Assembly: GCA_012295275.1 (NCBI GenBank)
Contig: CM022676.1
Span: 17,794,001 to 17,858,000 of the forward strand
Direction of reading: 5' to 3'
Length of the DNA stretch: 64,000 nucleotides
Source: Chrysomallon squamiferum
Taxonomy: Eukaryota; Animalia; Mollusca
In this document: piece by piece, positions 13,915 to 40,996 of the stretch
Layout of the letters: each line of letters begins with the position of its first letter
How positions within the stretch are numbered: position 1 is the first letter of the stretch
Notes under the pieces: model-generated
What the model saw: only the letters and a program-made list of their open reading frames with translations
What the model was told of the DNA's origin: nothing
The model's database searches: none
Position numbers and translations under genes: made by a program

Positions 13915-15169
13915 AAAATAACTTCGTTCAAACACTGTCATTTTTTGTCATCACTGGGTTCATATATTTTGTTTTTTTATTTATTTATTTATTTATTTAT
14001 TTATTTTATTTATTTATTTGTTTATTTTTTTATTTATTTATCTTTGTTTGTTTACGTTTTGTATTTCTGATTAGTTCAGACAGCAATGATGACATCGTAT
14101 ACACTTGATTTGAAATTACGATTTCTAAAGGACGGATTTCTGTAAAACACGTGCATGATGTGTATAAACATGTCATTTATTATTTATAATTATTACTATT
14201 TGTTTGTTTATGCATTTATGCATTTTTAAGTTGATTTATTTGTTTATTTATTTATTTATTTATTTATTTTATATGAAAGATAAGATGTAAATAAATTATG
14301 TATGTATTTCCTGGTTGTTAGACATGAAAATGAGAACTGTTATTTAATTTATTTATCCATTTTCTTTTAAGACTAGCAACTCTTTTTTATTTATTTATGG
14401 ATGAGACATAAATAAACGAAAAACAGAAAAATAAATTTGTATTTTCATTATGAATTTTCACTTATTTCGTTTATTTTGGTATTTTATTTGTGTTTAAAAT
14501 GTAATCTGGTGAAATTCAAAGATATACAAATAAATGTTTCAGGTATTATTATTTACATTTTGTTCTTTATTTATTTCTTTGTTTGTTTTCTTCGAACATT
14601 GAGTAATAGTATATGTTTATGTATGTGTATATGTGTTGGTATACACACAGAAATAATTCATACACACATACATAGACACACATACAGACAGACACACATA
14701 CATAAGATCGCGTGTATAAGATCTAGTGTAGTATCAAATTTAATATGAAGTCACGTTTTCAATATCTCGGGTGCATCTTCTATTTGCTTTGTTTCAACAT
14801 ACCAGTTCTCTTGCTCTTCCTTCGTTATTTATTCATTTATTTATTTAGTTATACCTATATTTCTCTTTACTTATTATAAACATCAAATCAATATATCACA
14901 ATAACCAGTAGATATTTTATTTGTGTAGTGATGAGTAACATTTATTTTCGTTGTGTGAACGTATCAATCAGACGGGATATGTATATATACACACGCACAC
15001 ACACACACTTACACATATATGTGTATATATATATAGATATATTATCGAAGTTATTGTTACTATACCTGTTACATTAAAACTCGTGTGTGAGTGTATATGT
15101 CTATGCATGTGTATCTCTGTGTGTGAAAGGATTTGTATTGTAAACATTTTAGAAATGGGTCGTCCAAGA

Positions 15170-17060
<1,891 letters not shown>

Positions 17061-17148
17061 TACATAAACATTTTATAATCGTAACCACTCAACTAGTAAG
17101 GCACCAAATAATCCACCAAATAAAGATAAAATAAAGAGGAAGATACAG

Positions 17149-17204
<56 letters not shown>

Positions 17205-18242
17205 TATACATACACACACATACATACATATATACATACATACACACAAAATTATCTTTTTCAGAAACAGCAGACAATTTTTCAAGTACGTCACTTCATA
17301 AACAATGACGTCAATATGCACGTAAACAGGCTACCGCGCGCTCAAGATGAAATTATCTCAATTTTTTAATTCTTAATAAACAATGATGTCACGCTTCTTG
17401 TAATCACTATGCGCAGCTAAATGAACAAGATTATTATTAGTGTGTTAGTACGTAAGTGAATTAACTCACTCAGAATTATGCTTAAATACATGCGGTGCGC
17501 ATTTTGTTTTGTTTTTTTGAATTCATCGTAATGTCAGAGTGGCCTAAAATAAATCGGCAACGTATCAAACTTTTTAAAGCCTAGCTATTGTCACAGACAT
17601 CAAATTAAACATCTACATGTGTAATTCGTTGTTCTGTTTCTAATGTAACAGGGTTTTTAACAAAATACTGTATAGAGACTATGCTCGTGTAATTATGCCA
17701 CTTATGAAAATCTCAATTACTTTAATTTGTATACAAGTTTAGAAGAACTGTGTTTATTGTCAACTGTAATCTGAACAGTAAAACAAAGAATTTGACTCAA
17801 ATAACGGCAGTCCGCTGACTGACCGTAGAATTTTTATCACGAGATCATTTGACAAAATGGAGCCACAAAGTAACTATACGTTCAACTTCCAACTGATCTA
17901 TTTCAAATAACAAATAAATAAATAAATAAATAAATAAGTAAATAAATAAATAATTTAATAATTAAATAGATAGATAAATAAATAAATAAAGAAGGCGACT
18001 TACATTTTGCCGTGGGTTAATAGTAAGGCGAACTTGATACAAAAACGCGATTTTTTTCGCTCATGTCCACCTCTGGCTTGATCCATGGCAGTGCAGTTTA
18101 AAATATGAAGAGAGGAAAGTAGTCTGACTTTTTAAAACCAAACTAGCATCACTGACATTTGTACGAAAGTAATTTTTCGTTAGAGGGAAACGAGCGACAA
18201 ATGAAAAAGAACAGTGGATTGATGATATACACAATGAACCAT

Positions 18243-18608
18243 TAAATCAGTGTTCAGTAACTGAAATCACCACAGACTGCTCAAGAGTCTACCAAAATTT
18301 ACAAATAGATTAGTAACAAACAAACTGTAGATCTGTTTTACTGGGATTTTTAAATACATTTACGACAAAGAATGAAAACACCATAGCATGCAAGAACTTT
18401 CTACATAGACTTCTCGTTCAGTCTTACCACGTCTAACCAGCATCTTGAATAGACAGTAGTACGGATACTAAATCTGCATTACTGACATTTGTACGAAAGC
18501 AATATTTACATTAGTTACACATATATACGCACAGAAACAAACACACACACACACACATATATATATACATACATACATAAACACAGGTCTAAATGTCTTT
18601 CTTAACCA

Positions 18609-18658
<50 letters not shown>

Positions 18659-19050
18659 AACAAACACACACAGATATACTCAGACATACACACACACACA
18701 GAGATATATATACACAGACACATGCAAATACACATAGACAAACTCAAACATTGATGTAGATATGTTTAAGAAAGAGAGATGTATGTGTCCTAGAGAAAAT
18801 GTCTATTTTGATGTGAGTAAATCAGTTTTGAGTAACTGAAAAGACCACAGACTGCTCAAGAGTCTATCAAAATTTACAAATAGATTAGTAACAAACAAAC
18901 TGTAGATCTGTTTTACTGGGATTTTTAAATACATTTACGAAAAAGAGTGAACACACCATGGTATGCAAGAACTTTCTAAATAGACTTCTAGTTAATCTTA
19001 CCACGTCTAACCAACATCTTGAATAGACAGTAGTACGGATACTGAATCTG
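18243..19050. repeat. Direct repeat of about 230 bp (18243-18478 and 18819-19050)
   Basis: Near-identical CCACAGACTGCTCAAGAGTCTA...GTAGTACGGATACT blocks separated by microsatellite-rich sequence. Confidence 0.85.
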
Positions 19051-19085
19051 CCTCATCTTCTGGATTTTTAAGTAGAGTTAAGTCT

Positions 19086-19341
19086 AATTATATCCACACA
19101 AATGTTTACAAGTTATACACGGACTGAGTGCAGTAATGCTTGAACTGAGAATTGCTTTAACAAAGGTGAATGGTATTATTTTGAGGTGAATGATGAAGTT
19201 GTACTTCTTTTATACTTAAAAAGAGTTTATATATATATATATAAAGCACTACTCAGTTTAATAAGCAAAACGTTAAAATGGTGCAATCATTACTACACTC
19301 AATCTGTACATAACTTGTCTACGTTAGTGTAGACATAATTA
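19086..19341. mobile_element. Degenerate MITE/foldback-like element with inverted arms of about 60 bp
   Basis: 19086-19146 (AATTATATCCACACAAATGTTTACAAGTTATACACGGACTGAGTGCAGTAATG) matches the reverse complement of 19280-19341 with scattered mismatches. No clear target-site duplication. Confidence 0.5.
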
Positions 19342-20149
19342 TCTCTGTGTGTGTACATACAGTCGAGTGTGAATTAAATATTATAAAGAAATTAAGGTGA
19401 ATGATACTGAGATAATCTGATCCTTCATTTAATAATGCAAATAAATAGACTTATATAATAATGTTAACAAAGCTAAGCTATTTCATTTGTTTTATTATAG
19501 TTTTTATCAAAGTTAAGTATTAATTTATTCTAATGTAATGTAAACAAAGTCAAGATGACCTATGTTTATTCATTGTGAGTAGCTGTTTTACTCAATGTTA
19601 CTAGAATGAACTCAAGTGTCAGTGTAACTACTCGAGTGTGCTTTATAATAAACTAAGCGAGTACAGTTATCTCTCTTTGTACTCGCACACAATTAAGACT
19701 AGGATCAAACAGTTAAAGGATAACGTGTAAACTATTGCAGGACAAACAAGTAAAAGAAGAACACTTTGTTATGTAGAGTGAGGTTATTTGTTTAATCAAA
19801 TTGACTGAATGTTATTATTATTATTTAATTATTTATTTATTTTTTATTTTTTGTTTTTTTATTTTGGAAGGAAGATAAACTAATAACAGAGAAAGTCAAA
19901 AACGAAATTAAAGAATAAATAAAATTAATTGATAGTGTTTTTATTTTAGGCTATTTTTATTAAACCAAGTCAAAAAGACTCCGAGAAGGAATTCATTAAT
20001 AATGTACATTTAGATGAACGAATAATCATATGAATAATTAATAAATGAATGTGTGAATAAATAATAACCAAAAATGAATATGAAGAAATTAATATGTATT
20101 TTAGTGAATTTTGAATAAATAAACTAAATATATTTTATCTTATATACAA

Positions 20150-20276
<127 letters not shown>

Positions 20277-20277
20277 G

Positions 20278-20850
20278 ATGTATGTCACATAGCTTCACCT
20301 GTTACTTTTTCTTGTGACATGTCTACAAGATATTATTGAGAAAAGTGTTTTTTAAATAATAATATGTTTCAGTCGCCTTCTGGTTTACAAAAAACCCAAT
20401 AATGATATAATATCTGTGTTTGCAAAAGGTAGCAATAGTACTTGTAGTTGTCCTATAATAATAATAATAATAGTAGTAGTCATAGTATTATAGTAGTAGC
20501 AGAAAATTTGGTATTACTTGCAGAAGTGTAGCAGATGTAGTTTTAATGGTAATAGTAATTGTAATTGTAATAGTAGTAATAATAGCAGTATAATAGTTGT
20601 AGTGAAATTGTAATAGTACAAGTAAAACAATGGTAGTAATATTAGTAGTCGAAAAAATGTTAGTAATATCATTACTACTACTACAGAAGTAGTAGAAGTA
20701 TTATTAATAGTTATGGTAGTAGTAGTAATATTGTGGTTTTTCTAATAAAATTAGTAGTTTAGTAGGTGTAATGTTAGTATCATTATTTCTAGTAGTTGTA
20801 GGATATTATGAGTAACATTATTGGCAACTGAAATAGCTTACAATATATTA

Positions 20851-20913
<63 letters not shown>

Positions 20914-21080
20914 GCTGGTGTTGTTGGTCATGACGGTGACGGTATCACAGCCTACAATCTAACTGGATTGTCTACTGTAACACTGGGAGAACAGACTGAC
21001 TTGGTTTGTTTGGTGACTGGCTCTGACGCGAGTAACAGTGAGTTGTACTTCATGCGTGAAGTTGATGGCAAAAACATATT
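20278..21080 (+). pseudogene. Relic of an Ig-receptor paralog: dead signal-peptide exon plus 5' part of an Ig exon
   Basis: CAG|ATG at 20278 reads MYVT*LHLLLFLVTCLQ with an in-frame TAG and no GT donor. The exon from 20951 reads YNLTGLSTVTLGEQTDLVCLVTGSDASNSELYFMREVDGK (Ig A-B-C strand pattern) and then breaks off. Confidence 0.5.
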
Positions 21081-21163
21081 GTCCTTATTGCATAGTTATT
21101 GTTTTACTTATTTAACTTCATATTTTTCTGTTGCATCTCTCTCCCTCGCTCTCTATCTATCTA

Positions 21164-21304
<141 letters not shown>

Positions 21305-22179
21305 GTGTGTGAATCTCATATATAAGAATCTTATGTATAAGAAAAATAGCGGCCGGAAAAATGGGGACATTCCGAACTAAATACTTCCCACAAAACCTGA
21401 TCCAGAGTTTGATAAATCAGAGCTGACTAGCGCATATAAGCCTGAGTATGCTCATCTAAAACATCATGCGATGGCCAACAGACTTCTTCGTTTCTAGGCA
21501 ACAACGTAGTCTAAACACGGAAAACTCGGCCAATATTTCATCTGTTCGAACAAACATGTTTCAAATTTGCCGCCGATATTTCGGCCGCTTAGTTATATAT
21601 GCATTTAGTTCACAACCGAAAATGGTGTTTCCTTGTCATAAATGGGTGTGTATATATATATAAATTTCTTACGGCTGTGAACACATTTTAACTTTCTGAA
21701 AAACAATTGAAATAATTTGCGAGTACGTCTTTTTTACACAAATACGTAAATAAAATGTTAAATATTTTTATTTGTTTCGTTTTGTTCCATCTCTGTGTCT
21801 GTCTTTCTGTTTGTCTGTGTATATCTCTAAATGTGTTTAGCTTTTGTCTATGTATAATCTCTTTGTCGGACTGTTTGTTTTTCTATAGACATTTTCAATC
21901 TGTAAATATACTGACACGCAGACCTGTAATGTCGACTGACAATGAACAGCCTTTCTTAGAAAACTATGAAAAGATAAAGTACGATTTAATAAAGTCATTA
22001 TAAAATATTGATATTAATGCGTTGATCGTGTTCTATCGTGTTCTGAACTTCGAACTATTTTTATTTATTTTTTGTTAAAGCGTCATTCAAATAAAACTTA
22101 TACCTTTATCATATTAACACGAATGATCTATTCTCACCACAACTTTACAAATACAGTTCTAGGGAGTGTTCTTTATTAG

Positions 22180-22382
<203 letters not shown>

Positions 22383-22832
22383 CTGTATCTGTCACTATAT
22401 CACTCTGTCTTTCGTAGTCTCTCTCTTTTTCTCTGGCTGTCTCTGTCTCTTTATAAACAAATAAATATCGCTGTCTTTATTTTGCAAAGAGAACATTGCC
22501 CTCCACTTGTAGGTAAAGCTAGAACCGCACCGAATTGTAAACACACTCGAGGTAGCAAGAACCTTTATAACGGGCTTTCTTTTGAATTTATTATTCTTTA
22601 TTGATATATTTTAATAACGTGTTCTTAAACGTTTAGAGTTGAACATAATGGCAGCTGTTTAATGTGCCTGATCCTGTCAGTCAAACATTCTGTATTTTGT
22701 TACATTTGCTCAAGTGAGCCGACAACTTGTATGATCGTTCTTGTTTTTGTGGTTATTTGAAATTTTTAAAATCTCTTTGAACGCCTGAAGTATTAAACTA
22801 ACAGAGTTCACCAAAGTGAGTAGACATATGCT

Positions 22833-22884
<52 letters not shown>

Positions 22885-23233
22885 GTATTCGATCTTAGTT
22901 TCTGCCGTTTTTGTTTGTTTCAAATATGTTTATTTTAATTAGTATTGGTTTCTTCATTTAGAATAATCATAACCTTCATTGATAAGGATCTTGTGATAGC
23001 CGTAGTTGTTGTTATCATTGTTGTTGTTGTTGTTATTTTATCATCAACAAAATTCATTAGATTTAATAACGCAACATGTATAATTGACTATCCTCCAGAT
23101 ATACATACACTTGTTTATGTTTATGTTGATGATTATTATACATGACAAAGAATATCGTATAAAATTGTATGCTTATGAACCAAACGACTTCAAGTATATA
23201 AACTACTACAATTATTATTTACTTTCAGACACC

Positions 23234-32584
<9,351 letters not shown>

Positions 32585-35399
32585 GTCAGGTAAGGTGAAA
32601 ATTTTATATTAATAAGTTGTTGGTCATCCTAGCGACATTAGCAAATTTAGAAATAGCTTTATCATTACGTTAGTAGTAGTTGTTGTAATAATATAAGTTA
32701 TAGTAGTGTAGTAGTAGTAGGAGCACCAATAGAATAAGTAGAAATGTTGATGGTAATGATCGTAGTCGTAGCAGTAGAAGTTCTACCAGCAATAATAATG
32801 ATAACATTCATATCAGCAACATAATTATCTTTGCGGCAGAGGCAGTTTTGGTTGCTGTGGAAATTATAGAACTAATATGGTTATAGTTGTAGTTGTACTT
32901 TTTGTAATTCTATAAGTGATTGTTGTAGTGGTAGTTGTACTTTTTGTAGTTCTACAAGTGATTGTTGTAGTGGTAGTCGTACGATTAATTTGTTTTATGC
33001 ACGTTCGTGGAATGCACACCGTCTTCCATCTGACCTAATATCTTTAATATTTCCACAAAATACTGTATTTATTTACATATTTATTTGTTTATTTATTTGA
33101 TTTGATTTGATTTGATTCTTTGTTTATTTCAGGTTAAAATCAACATGAAAAGAAAAGTAGATGATTGTAATATTATTATATGTTAACATATCTGTTTCAA
33201 GAAGGATCTTCACGTGCACATTCTTCCGACTTTTTATCTTTATTTCCATGGAATCAACGTGGACGTAATAATAATAATAATAATAATAACAATAATAACA
33301 ATAATAATAATAATAATAACAATAATAATAATAATAATAATACATAAATAAATAAATAAAAACAAGAAAGGAAACAACATAGAGGTATGTTTGCTCGTGG
33401 GATCTTAGCACTTAGATGTGTGTTACAGGCGAGACGTAGGAATTACTTTCTGTTTGTCAAGGGTGACGCGGTTAAGAGAAATTAGTCTGGCGCAGGTTTA
33501 AATAGAGAGAAAAACAAATAGTTTAACTTTATTTATTTATTTGTTGTGATGAATTGTTATAGCTGTATATTTTACGAAGAGTTAATGAAATTATTCTAAT
33601 CTGGTGTTTTAACATAATTTAACACTACATAAGTTAAAAGGTTAACTGGCATGTATAACAACATCTCAGTGTGTTCCGATTTTCGCGTTGTTGTTTTTTC
33701 TGACAATGAATTCAAGAAATAAAAACAATGTAGTTCTTAGCTTAGTATTTTAGTTTTCTAAAACATATTTCCCATGATACCTCTGTAAAAAAGAAATACT
33801 GATTTCACACGATCTCTATCAGTAAGGACACACTGGTTATTCAGAGTCACTTCATCGGGGGAGCCTCACCTGTAAGTAAATTATAATAAGTTTATTATTT
33901 ACTAAACATAAACTTAGCAACTGTTTGTTTATTTAATGATGTGTGACATGTGAATAAACGAAAATCAGACAAATAGATAAATTTGAATATTTGTATCACT
34001 AATTTTTACTTTTATTTTTGGATTTAATTTGTGTTTAAAATGTAAACAGATGAATTATATAGATATACAAATAAATTTACCAAGTATTATTATTCATTTT
34101 TTGTTATATATATATATAATAACAATAATAATACGCAAAACTCTAAAATAATAACTGATATTTTGAGACAGGATCCCAGGCTAGCTCCTATATGTGTACT
34201 TTATGTGTGTAGTCTGTTCACAGTATGTGTGTGTGTGTGTGTGGGGGTATATACTGAGTGTGTATGGTCGTTACCGGCGACCTATTTGAGTTAGATTTAT
34301 GTTAATGTGCTAATTTATTACTTTCTTAATAGAGAAGCCTTCTAAGACGTTCATATTAATTTTACAACTATGAAACGTCATTATCATTATCATTATCTAA
34401 AATGTCATTATGATGATGATGATGATGATGATAATAATAATTATAATAATAATAATAATAATAATTATTATTATTATTATTATTATTATTGTCGTTGTTG
34501 TTGTTGTTGTTTGTTTGTTGTTGTTCTTGTTGGCGTTGTTGTTGTTGCTGTTATTATTATGATTATTATTATTATTTTATTTTTTATTATTATTATTTTT
34601 TTGTTCTTGTATTATTTTATGTATGCATTGAACAGACACATTGAAATACTCGACTCTGTTAAACACAGCTGTTCTTGTATAATCGCTACGAGTGTTAGAA
34701 ACACGATATTTTTAGACTTATGTAATTCAGTCAGAGAAAACTAACAAACATAGCAGTGTAAACACACAGGTTTTATCTCTCTCTGAATTCAGGCGACAGA
34801 TTCTATTCTGAACATGAACCAGTTCTTTAAATAACACTGCATTTCCTTCAATCACTTTCAGACACGTGAAGATAGTGATCATTGTACTCTGTTTTTGATA
34901 TAAAATGAAATGTCACTATCTCACGACACTGTATGTAATAAAGTTTAATGTTCGACATGAATCGCTTTCATATTATAAACTATTTCTTAACACATTTGTT
35001 AAAACACTTATTAAAGGTTAAACTGATAGCATTTTTATTTTATTTATTTATTTATTTATTAAGTTTTTGTTTATTTCTGGTTTCATTTACTTGTTATCGA
35101 CATCAAATCAATATATCACAATAATAAGTACATACTTTATTTGTGTAGTGATATGTAACATTTCTTTTCTTGGTTTGCACGTATGAATGAGGTAGGGCAT
35201 ATCTATATATATCGATCTGCCTATCTATGTATATATATAGATAAGATACATATACAAACATATACAAACACACACACACACATATATGTATACATCTATA
35301 TATATTATCGAAGTTGTTAATGTTCTTATTGTTTTTAACTTTAAAACTCAAGTTGTGTATATTTCAAAGTCATTTGCAGTGTAAACTGTTTTACAAAGA

Positions 35400-36082
35400 T
35401 TACGTCACAATATTTATTTTGAGGACTGGAAACGCCAAATCTCTCTGCTTATTGGTAACAGTGTTAGAAACGTGAAATCAAATCGAGTATATAAAATAAA
35501 GATATAAATGAAACAAGAAAAAAACAAACAAACAAACAAACAAACAAAAATACAAAATGTCACAAAAATATATGGTTTTGTTCCTAATCCTAAAAACACT
35601 GAAGCCTCAGTACCGGCCCTGTTCCCCTCCTCTCTAATTATTGTGAATCAGTCCCTTGCTCCAACTAACTCGAGCGTGCATAGAGAAGAAAATGCGAATA
35701 TGATTTGTAATATCCTGATTTAAAACACGTGTCTTCAGAACAACGGCGAAGTATCCAATATAGTATCTAGTTATGTTTTTGAGATATCAGTTAGGGTAGT
35801 TTGTTGTTTGAATGTATTAACGAGAAAAGGGGTCAAAAATTATCCTTTATATCTGTGAATAGAAGATTTGATACAATGCGTCATTCAGTAGTAGTAGTAG
35901 AAGTAATAATAATAATGATAACAATAACTACAGCAACACCAACGAAAATAGGATTAATAATAACAACAACAGCAACAGTAATGAAATAATAGCCATAATA
36001 ATAACAATAAGAACAGTAACAACACAATAGAAAAACAACAAGAGTAATAATAACTGGTTGAGACATCCTACACAAAAAAATA

Positions 36083-36123
<41 letters not shown>

Positions 36124-36790
36124 AATTGGAAGAAAAATAATGTCACATAAATTCAAAATGGGTTGCTAATCTAATTCAGTAAATGTTAATATTCTCGGTC
36201 GAAAAATTAAATTTATTTCCCAGTCTAACACTTAATTATTACATATCAAGTATTGTTAGAAATACAGCTATTTTCTAATCTGTTTGTCTACCACGTTTTG
36301 AGAAGACAAGATTAAATATTATATCAGTAGAATTAATAACTTGAAAACATATACATAATTGTGTTCTAAGAATTTTAATTTAACACGTTATTTATCTCAC
36401 TATTTTTGTTTTATTTCTAGTTTTTGAATTGTTATTATTTTGTGGACTTTGTTCACAAAGGTGTTACGTTTTTAAGTTGGTATATATAATTAATTAATTT
36501 TATAAAAATCGACTGTAACAATACATTGATAAGACACAACAACCGGTTTGTAGATGGACAGTGTAAAATAACACACTTCACCCCGCCAAAAATAAATCTT
36601 GCTTAAATTTGAAACCTTAACTGACAAGTATTGTGTCTTTTAAATTGTACGAATGTGAAAACGATACGCATAATAATAGTAATAAAAATATATATATACT
36701 TTTTTGTGAATATTAAAACCTGTGCAATGAATCATATCTCTACAGGTAGTGAAAGCAAGACTACAAAAATCAACTGTTTTATCAAAGTGG
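35400..36790. repeat. Another copy of the dispersed module
   Basis: Core CTCAGTACCGGCCCTGTTCCCCTCC near 35606; downstream blocks are colinear with 10200-11280 and 16000-17060. Confidence 0.8.
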
Positions 36791-36853
36791 TTTGTTGTTG
36801 TCTAGTTTGTCTTTTTTTCTTTTTTGACTGCAACTAAATAAACAACTAAATAA

Positions 36854-36941
<88 letters not shown>

Positions 36942-37749
36942 TATGAACACAGAAATAGATATAACTCCCATGTGTAAAAATAAACATATATATATAACAT
37001 ACAGTCTTTGAGTACCATGTGTTTTGTTTACATCTGCTCTTTCACTTTTGTGTTTGTTTTATTTTGGGCACTTTTTATTCTTCATTGTGTCTTCCAAACG
37101 AAAGGCAGACTGTTGCTATGGCAGAGCGTCGAAGAAAAGGAAAGTGAATACATTACAAGTGAATCCACACGTTATTAAAAAGTTTCATTTGTCATCTTTC
37201 TATACTATTATTACGTTCTCCCTTTCATTTTGTAATGGCTTAGTTCTCTTTCTGATATGTTCGTATGATTTTAGGGTGGTTTATGTTAGGTAAGTGACTT
37301 AGGCTGTTGTAATTCTGCCTGTCATCGAAAATCGCCTGAGGTTGGTTCATACGAAGAGTTCTCCAACATATCTCGTGCACCCCGTGTGTATATATAAAAT
37401 GTACGTAAATTACATAGATATCTACTGATTTTTAACATGGAAATAAGAACTGTTATGTAATTTATTTATCAGTTTCCTTTGTCAAGATTTATACAACACA
37501 TGTAAGTAAATTATGTTATACTTAAAATGTACTAGACAGAAAATTTGCAACTGTTTGTTTATCTCTAAGATGTATATAAACGAAATCAGATAAATAAATA
37601 AAATTGTATTTTTTATCATGAATTTTTACTTGGTTTATTTCTGTATTTAATTTGTGTTTAAAATGTAAACAGACAACCCACGCAAAATACTTCCAAGAAA
37701 ACTTGATCCAAGATCTGACATTTCTTCGCCGATGATTCAGTAAATCGAA

Positions 37750-38447
37750 CATAATCAATCTGAACTGAATTGCGCGCTAACTCCCGAGTATGCACATCTA
37801 AGATAACATGACGTCACATACAGGCTGCTTTGTTTCTAGGCAACAGCGTAGTCTAAACACGGAAAACACGGCCAATGTGTCATCAGTTCAGAGAAATATG
37901 TTTCTAATTCGGTGAATCCCGTTCAACAGGTTAAATATTAAACATTGACGTATTGTACTTAAGATGACGCCAAGCACATATCTGTTTCATTTTATTTGAA
38001 AGTTAATGTTTCCTTTTCGTTTCTGACAAAGAGATATAAAAACAATTGTGTTATATAATATACAATGTTACAGTTTACTTCAATGGGAGTATATGACTTT
38101 AAAACAAAGTTATTCCGACGATTTTATATAAAGAAAATAAATATTACATTTAGTTTCATACGCAAACCAGACAATCTTTCTCCCTTAAATAAACTATTTG
38201 TTTTTTGACATAATAAATAATAAATGAATGAACATTACACACATTTTATTAAATATACTTACTGATTCTGTGCATATTTTCATTAATAAAAAAAAAAAAA
38301 ATAAAAAACATTATTTCCGAGCAAAAACTCTGAAAGAGACTGTCGCCTGCATAATTTGGACGCGATTTGTGAATAAGTTTCTATAACTCTCCTTTACGGA
38401 ATATTTTGAACGTAAATAAAATGTTTAATATGCTTATTTCTTTCGTT

Positions 38448-38516
<69 letters not shown>

Positions 38517-38539
38517 GTGTATCTGTATATAGTGTATCT

Positions 38540-38573
<34 letters not shown>

Positions 38574-38700
38574 TAATAACGTGTTCTTAGACGTTTAGAA
38601 TGTAATATAAGGGTCGCTGTTTAATGTATCAGATCCTCACAGTCAAATAATCAGTTTTTTGTTATGTTTGTTCAAGTGAACCGACAACTTTTTTATGTTG
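37750..38700. repeat. Diverged duplicate of the region upstream of the Ig receptor (about 21410-22740)
   Basis: Shared blocks GTTTCTAGGCAACA.CGTAGTCTAAACACGGAAAA (near 21490 and 37830), CGTAAATAAAATGTT (near 21745 and 38410) and AATAACGTGTTCTTA..CAAGTGA.CCGACAACTT (near 22613 and 38575). Confidence 0.65.
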
Positions 38701-39146
38701 AATATCAGAGGCAAATTTGAATTACTGTTTTTTTGTCTGTGAGAACTTCATTACAAGTATTCTCATCTTTTCAACCCGAGATCTAAGATGACCTAAATAT
38801 GAACAGAACTTTTATAATACAATCTTTTATGACGCTTGACATTTTCATTTATTATCTTTATTTTTTAAAAGAAGATGTGTTATATACTCGAGATCAGAAG
38901 GACATTTTAACTTTCCCACGATTATTCCTTCCCACGATACCTGACCTACCAGAGTTAAATTTGTGTTAATGTATGCTAATTTGTTCCTGCCTTAGCAGAG
39001 TGAAAGTAATATCACGACATGGAGAAGTTTTCTGTGACGTTATATTAATTTTACAACCTTGAATCATTATTTTATTATTATTATTATTATTGTATTATTA
39101 TTATAGTTGTTGTTGTTGTTATATTGTCTTGTTGTTGTTGTTGTTG

Positions 39147-39181
<35 letters not shown>

Positions 39182-39860
39182 GTTACTATTTTTTTATCAA
39201 TGAAATAATGGAATAATGAAAGAAATGATTAACACAAATAGAATAATATAACCTAATGAAGCGAAAACGCAGAGAAAAATAGGAGTTTCTATTAATTTAT
39301 TATTATTGTTATTATTTTTGATTATCTTGTGTGCTATTATATAAGCAGTCGGACACACACTGAAATACTCGTCTCTGTTAAACACAACTGTTCTTGTTTA
39401 AACGCTACAACTGTTAAAAATACGACTGTCTCCACTGACCTGTGGTTCAGTCAGGTAGAATGAAGAGAAAAACTGAGCAGTGTAAAAATACAAGTTTTAA
39501 CTCTCTCTCTGAATACGCGCCACAGCTTCTATTCTTAACATGAATCATTTATTTACATAACACTGCGTTTTCTTCACTCACTACACATAAAATGAAGGTA
39601 GTCGTCGTTGTATTCTGTTTTTGATATAAAAGAAAAAGGTCTCTCTCCCACGACACGTTGTGTCTGCGTGTGCAATAAATTCTAATGTTCGACATGAATC
39701 ACTTTGATATTGTAAAATATTTCTTAATACTTGTATTATGTCAGTTATTAAACGAGTAATTAATAGCTATTTTTCGCCCAGGAGGAACCTGTTCTCATTT
39801 CTGTACATATCTACAGTATACAATTTTTTATACAGATACATACATACATACATATTTATT

Positions 39861-39907
<47 letters not shown>

Positions 39908-40290
39908 CCACATATAATTGTTGTTCTTATTATTTTCGTACTGACAGGCCGTTGGTTGAATTCTTGTCAATATCTCTAAATCACTACACATTCTGTAAAA
40001 GTTGTGGTCTGTACTGTACTGTATATAACAAGATATGTTAAAACACTCTTTAACTGATACAATAAAATATAACAAAGTTTAATTGTATTATACTATTACA
40101 CCATCAAAATTATTAGGATCGAATACAAGAACAGTTTTAAGTTAATTTTATACATTGATTTATATTTACTTTATTATTTTTCTTTTCAATCTTTTGATAT
40201 GTGATCCTTTCAGTCAATATTCATTCATCTGTTCATGCATTAATCAGTTAAATTAAATATATATGTTTATTTAATATTTGTTATTACTAC

Positions 40291-40321
<31 letters not shown>

Positions 40322-40916
40322 CCCGTTTTATAACACAGATGTAAACAATGCAACCTAATAAGACTACATTATTTTTTATTTACTTATATATCTATTTATT
40401 TATTATTTATTTATTTAGCTATTTTTTTATTTATATTCTTATATAAATATTTTTTTTTTAATTATTGGGGATCAGTGTTATGGTTGCACTGTGTGAAATA
40501 AATTAATGGTACATTTAATCATAGGTTTAGGTGGAGAAATGTAGAGTTGATGCCCCACATAACTGATATCAGAAATGTTCTATTTAAAGTTAGATTTAAA
40601 TCAGGGCTGGTGTTAGTTTTGATTTAAGATGAAAACGAATAGTGTCCTGGAGTAATAAAACGTCGTTTAAAAATGTTATGAATAAGCATTAGCCTCTACG
40701 ACTCATCGATCTCTGAAATAAGTGAAATTTGATGTTGAGAGAGAAACCTCTTTGTAACACCCGTGAAAGTAAATCAAAACCCTATACTACCCTGTATTGC
40801 CATCCTCTTACTACCCTCTGTGTGGCCTCCATGTTCAATTTTCTACCCTATAGCACCATCTATACTATCAGTAAATATTTTAATATCGAGCCAGAGAATA
40901 TGAAACATATTACATA

Positions 40917-40996
<80 letters not shown>

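Noticed and set aside
17073-17105. tRNA gene or tRNA-derived SINE head on the minus strand (TAGTTGAGTGGTTA)
   Set aside because: Only an A-box-like stretch; no B box or cloverleaf.
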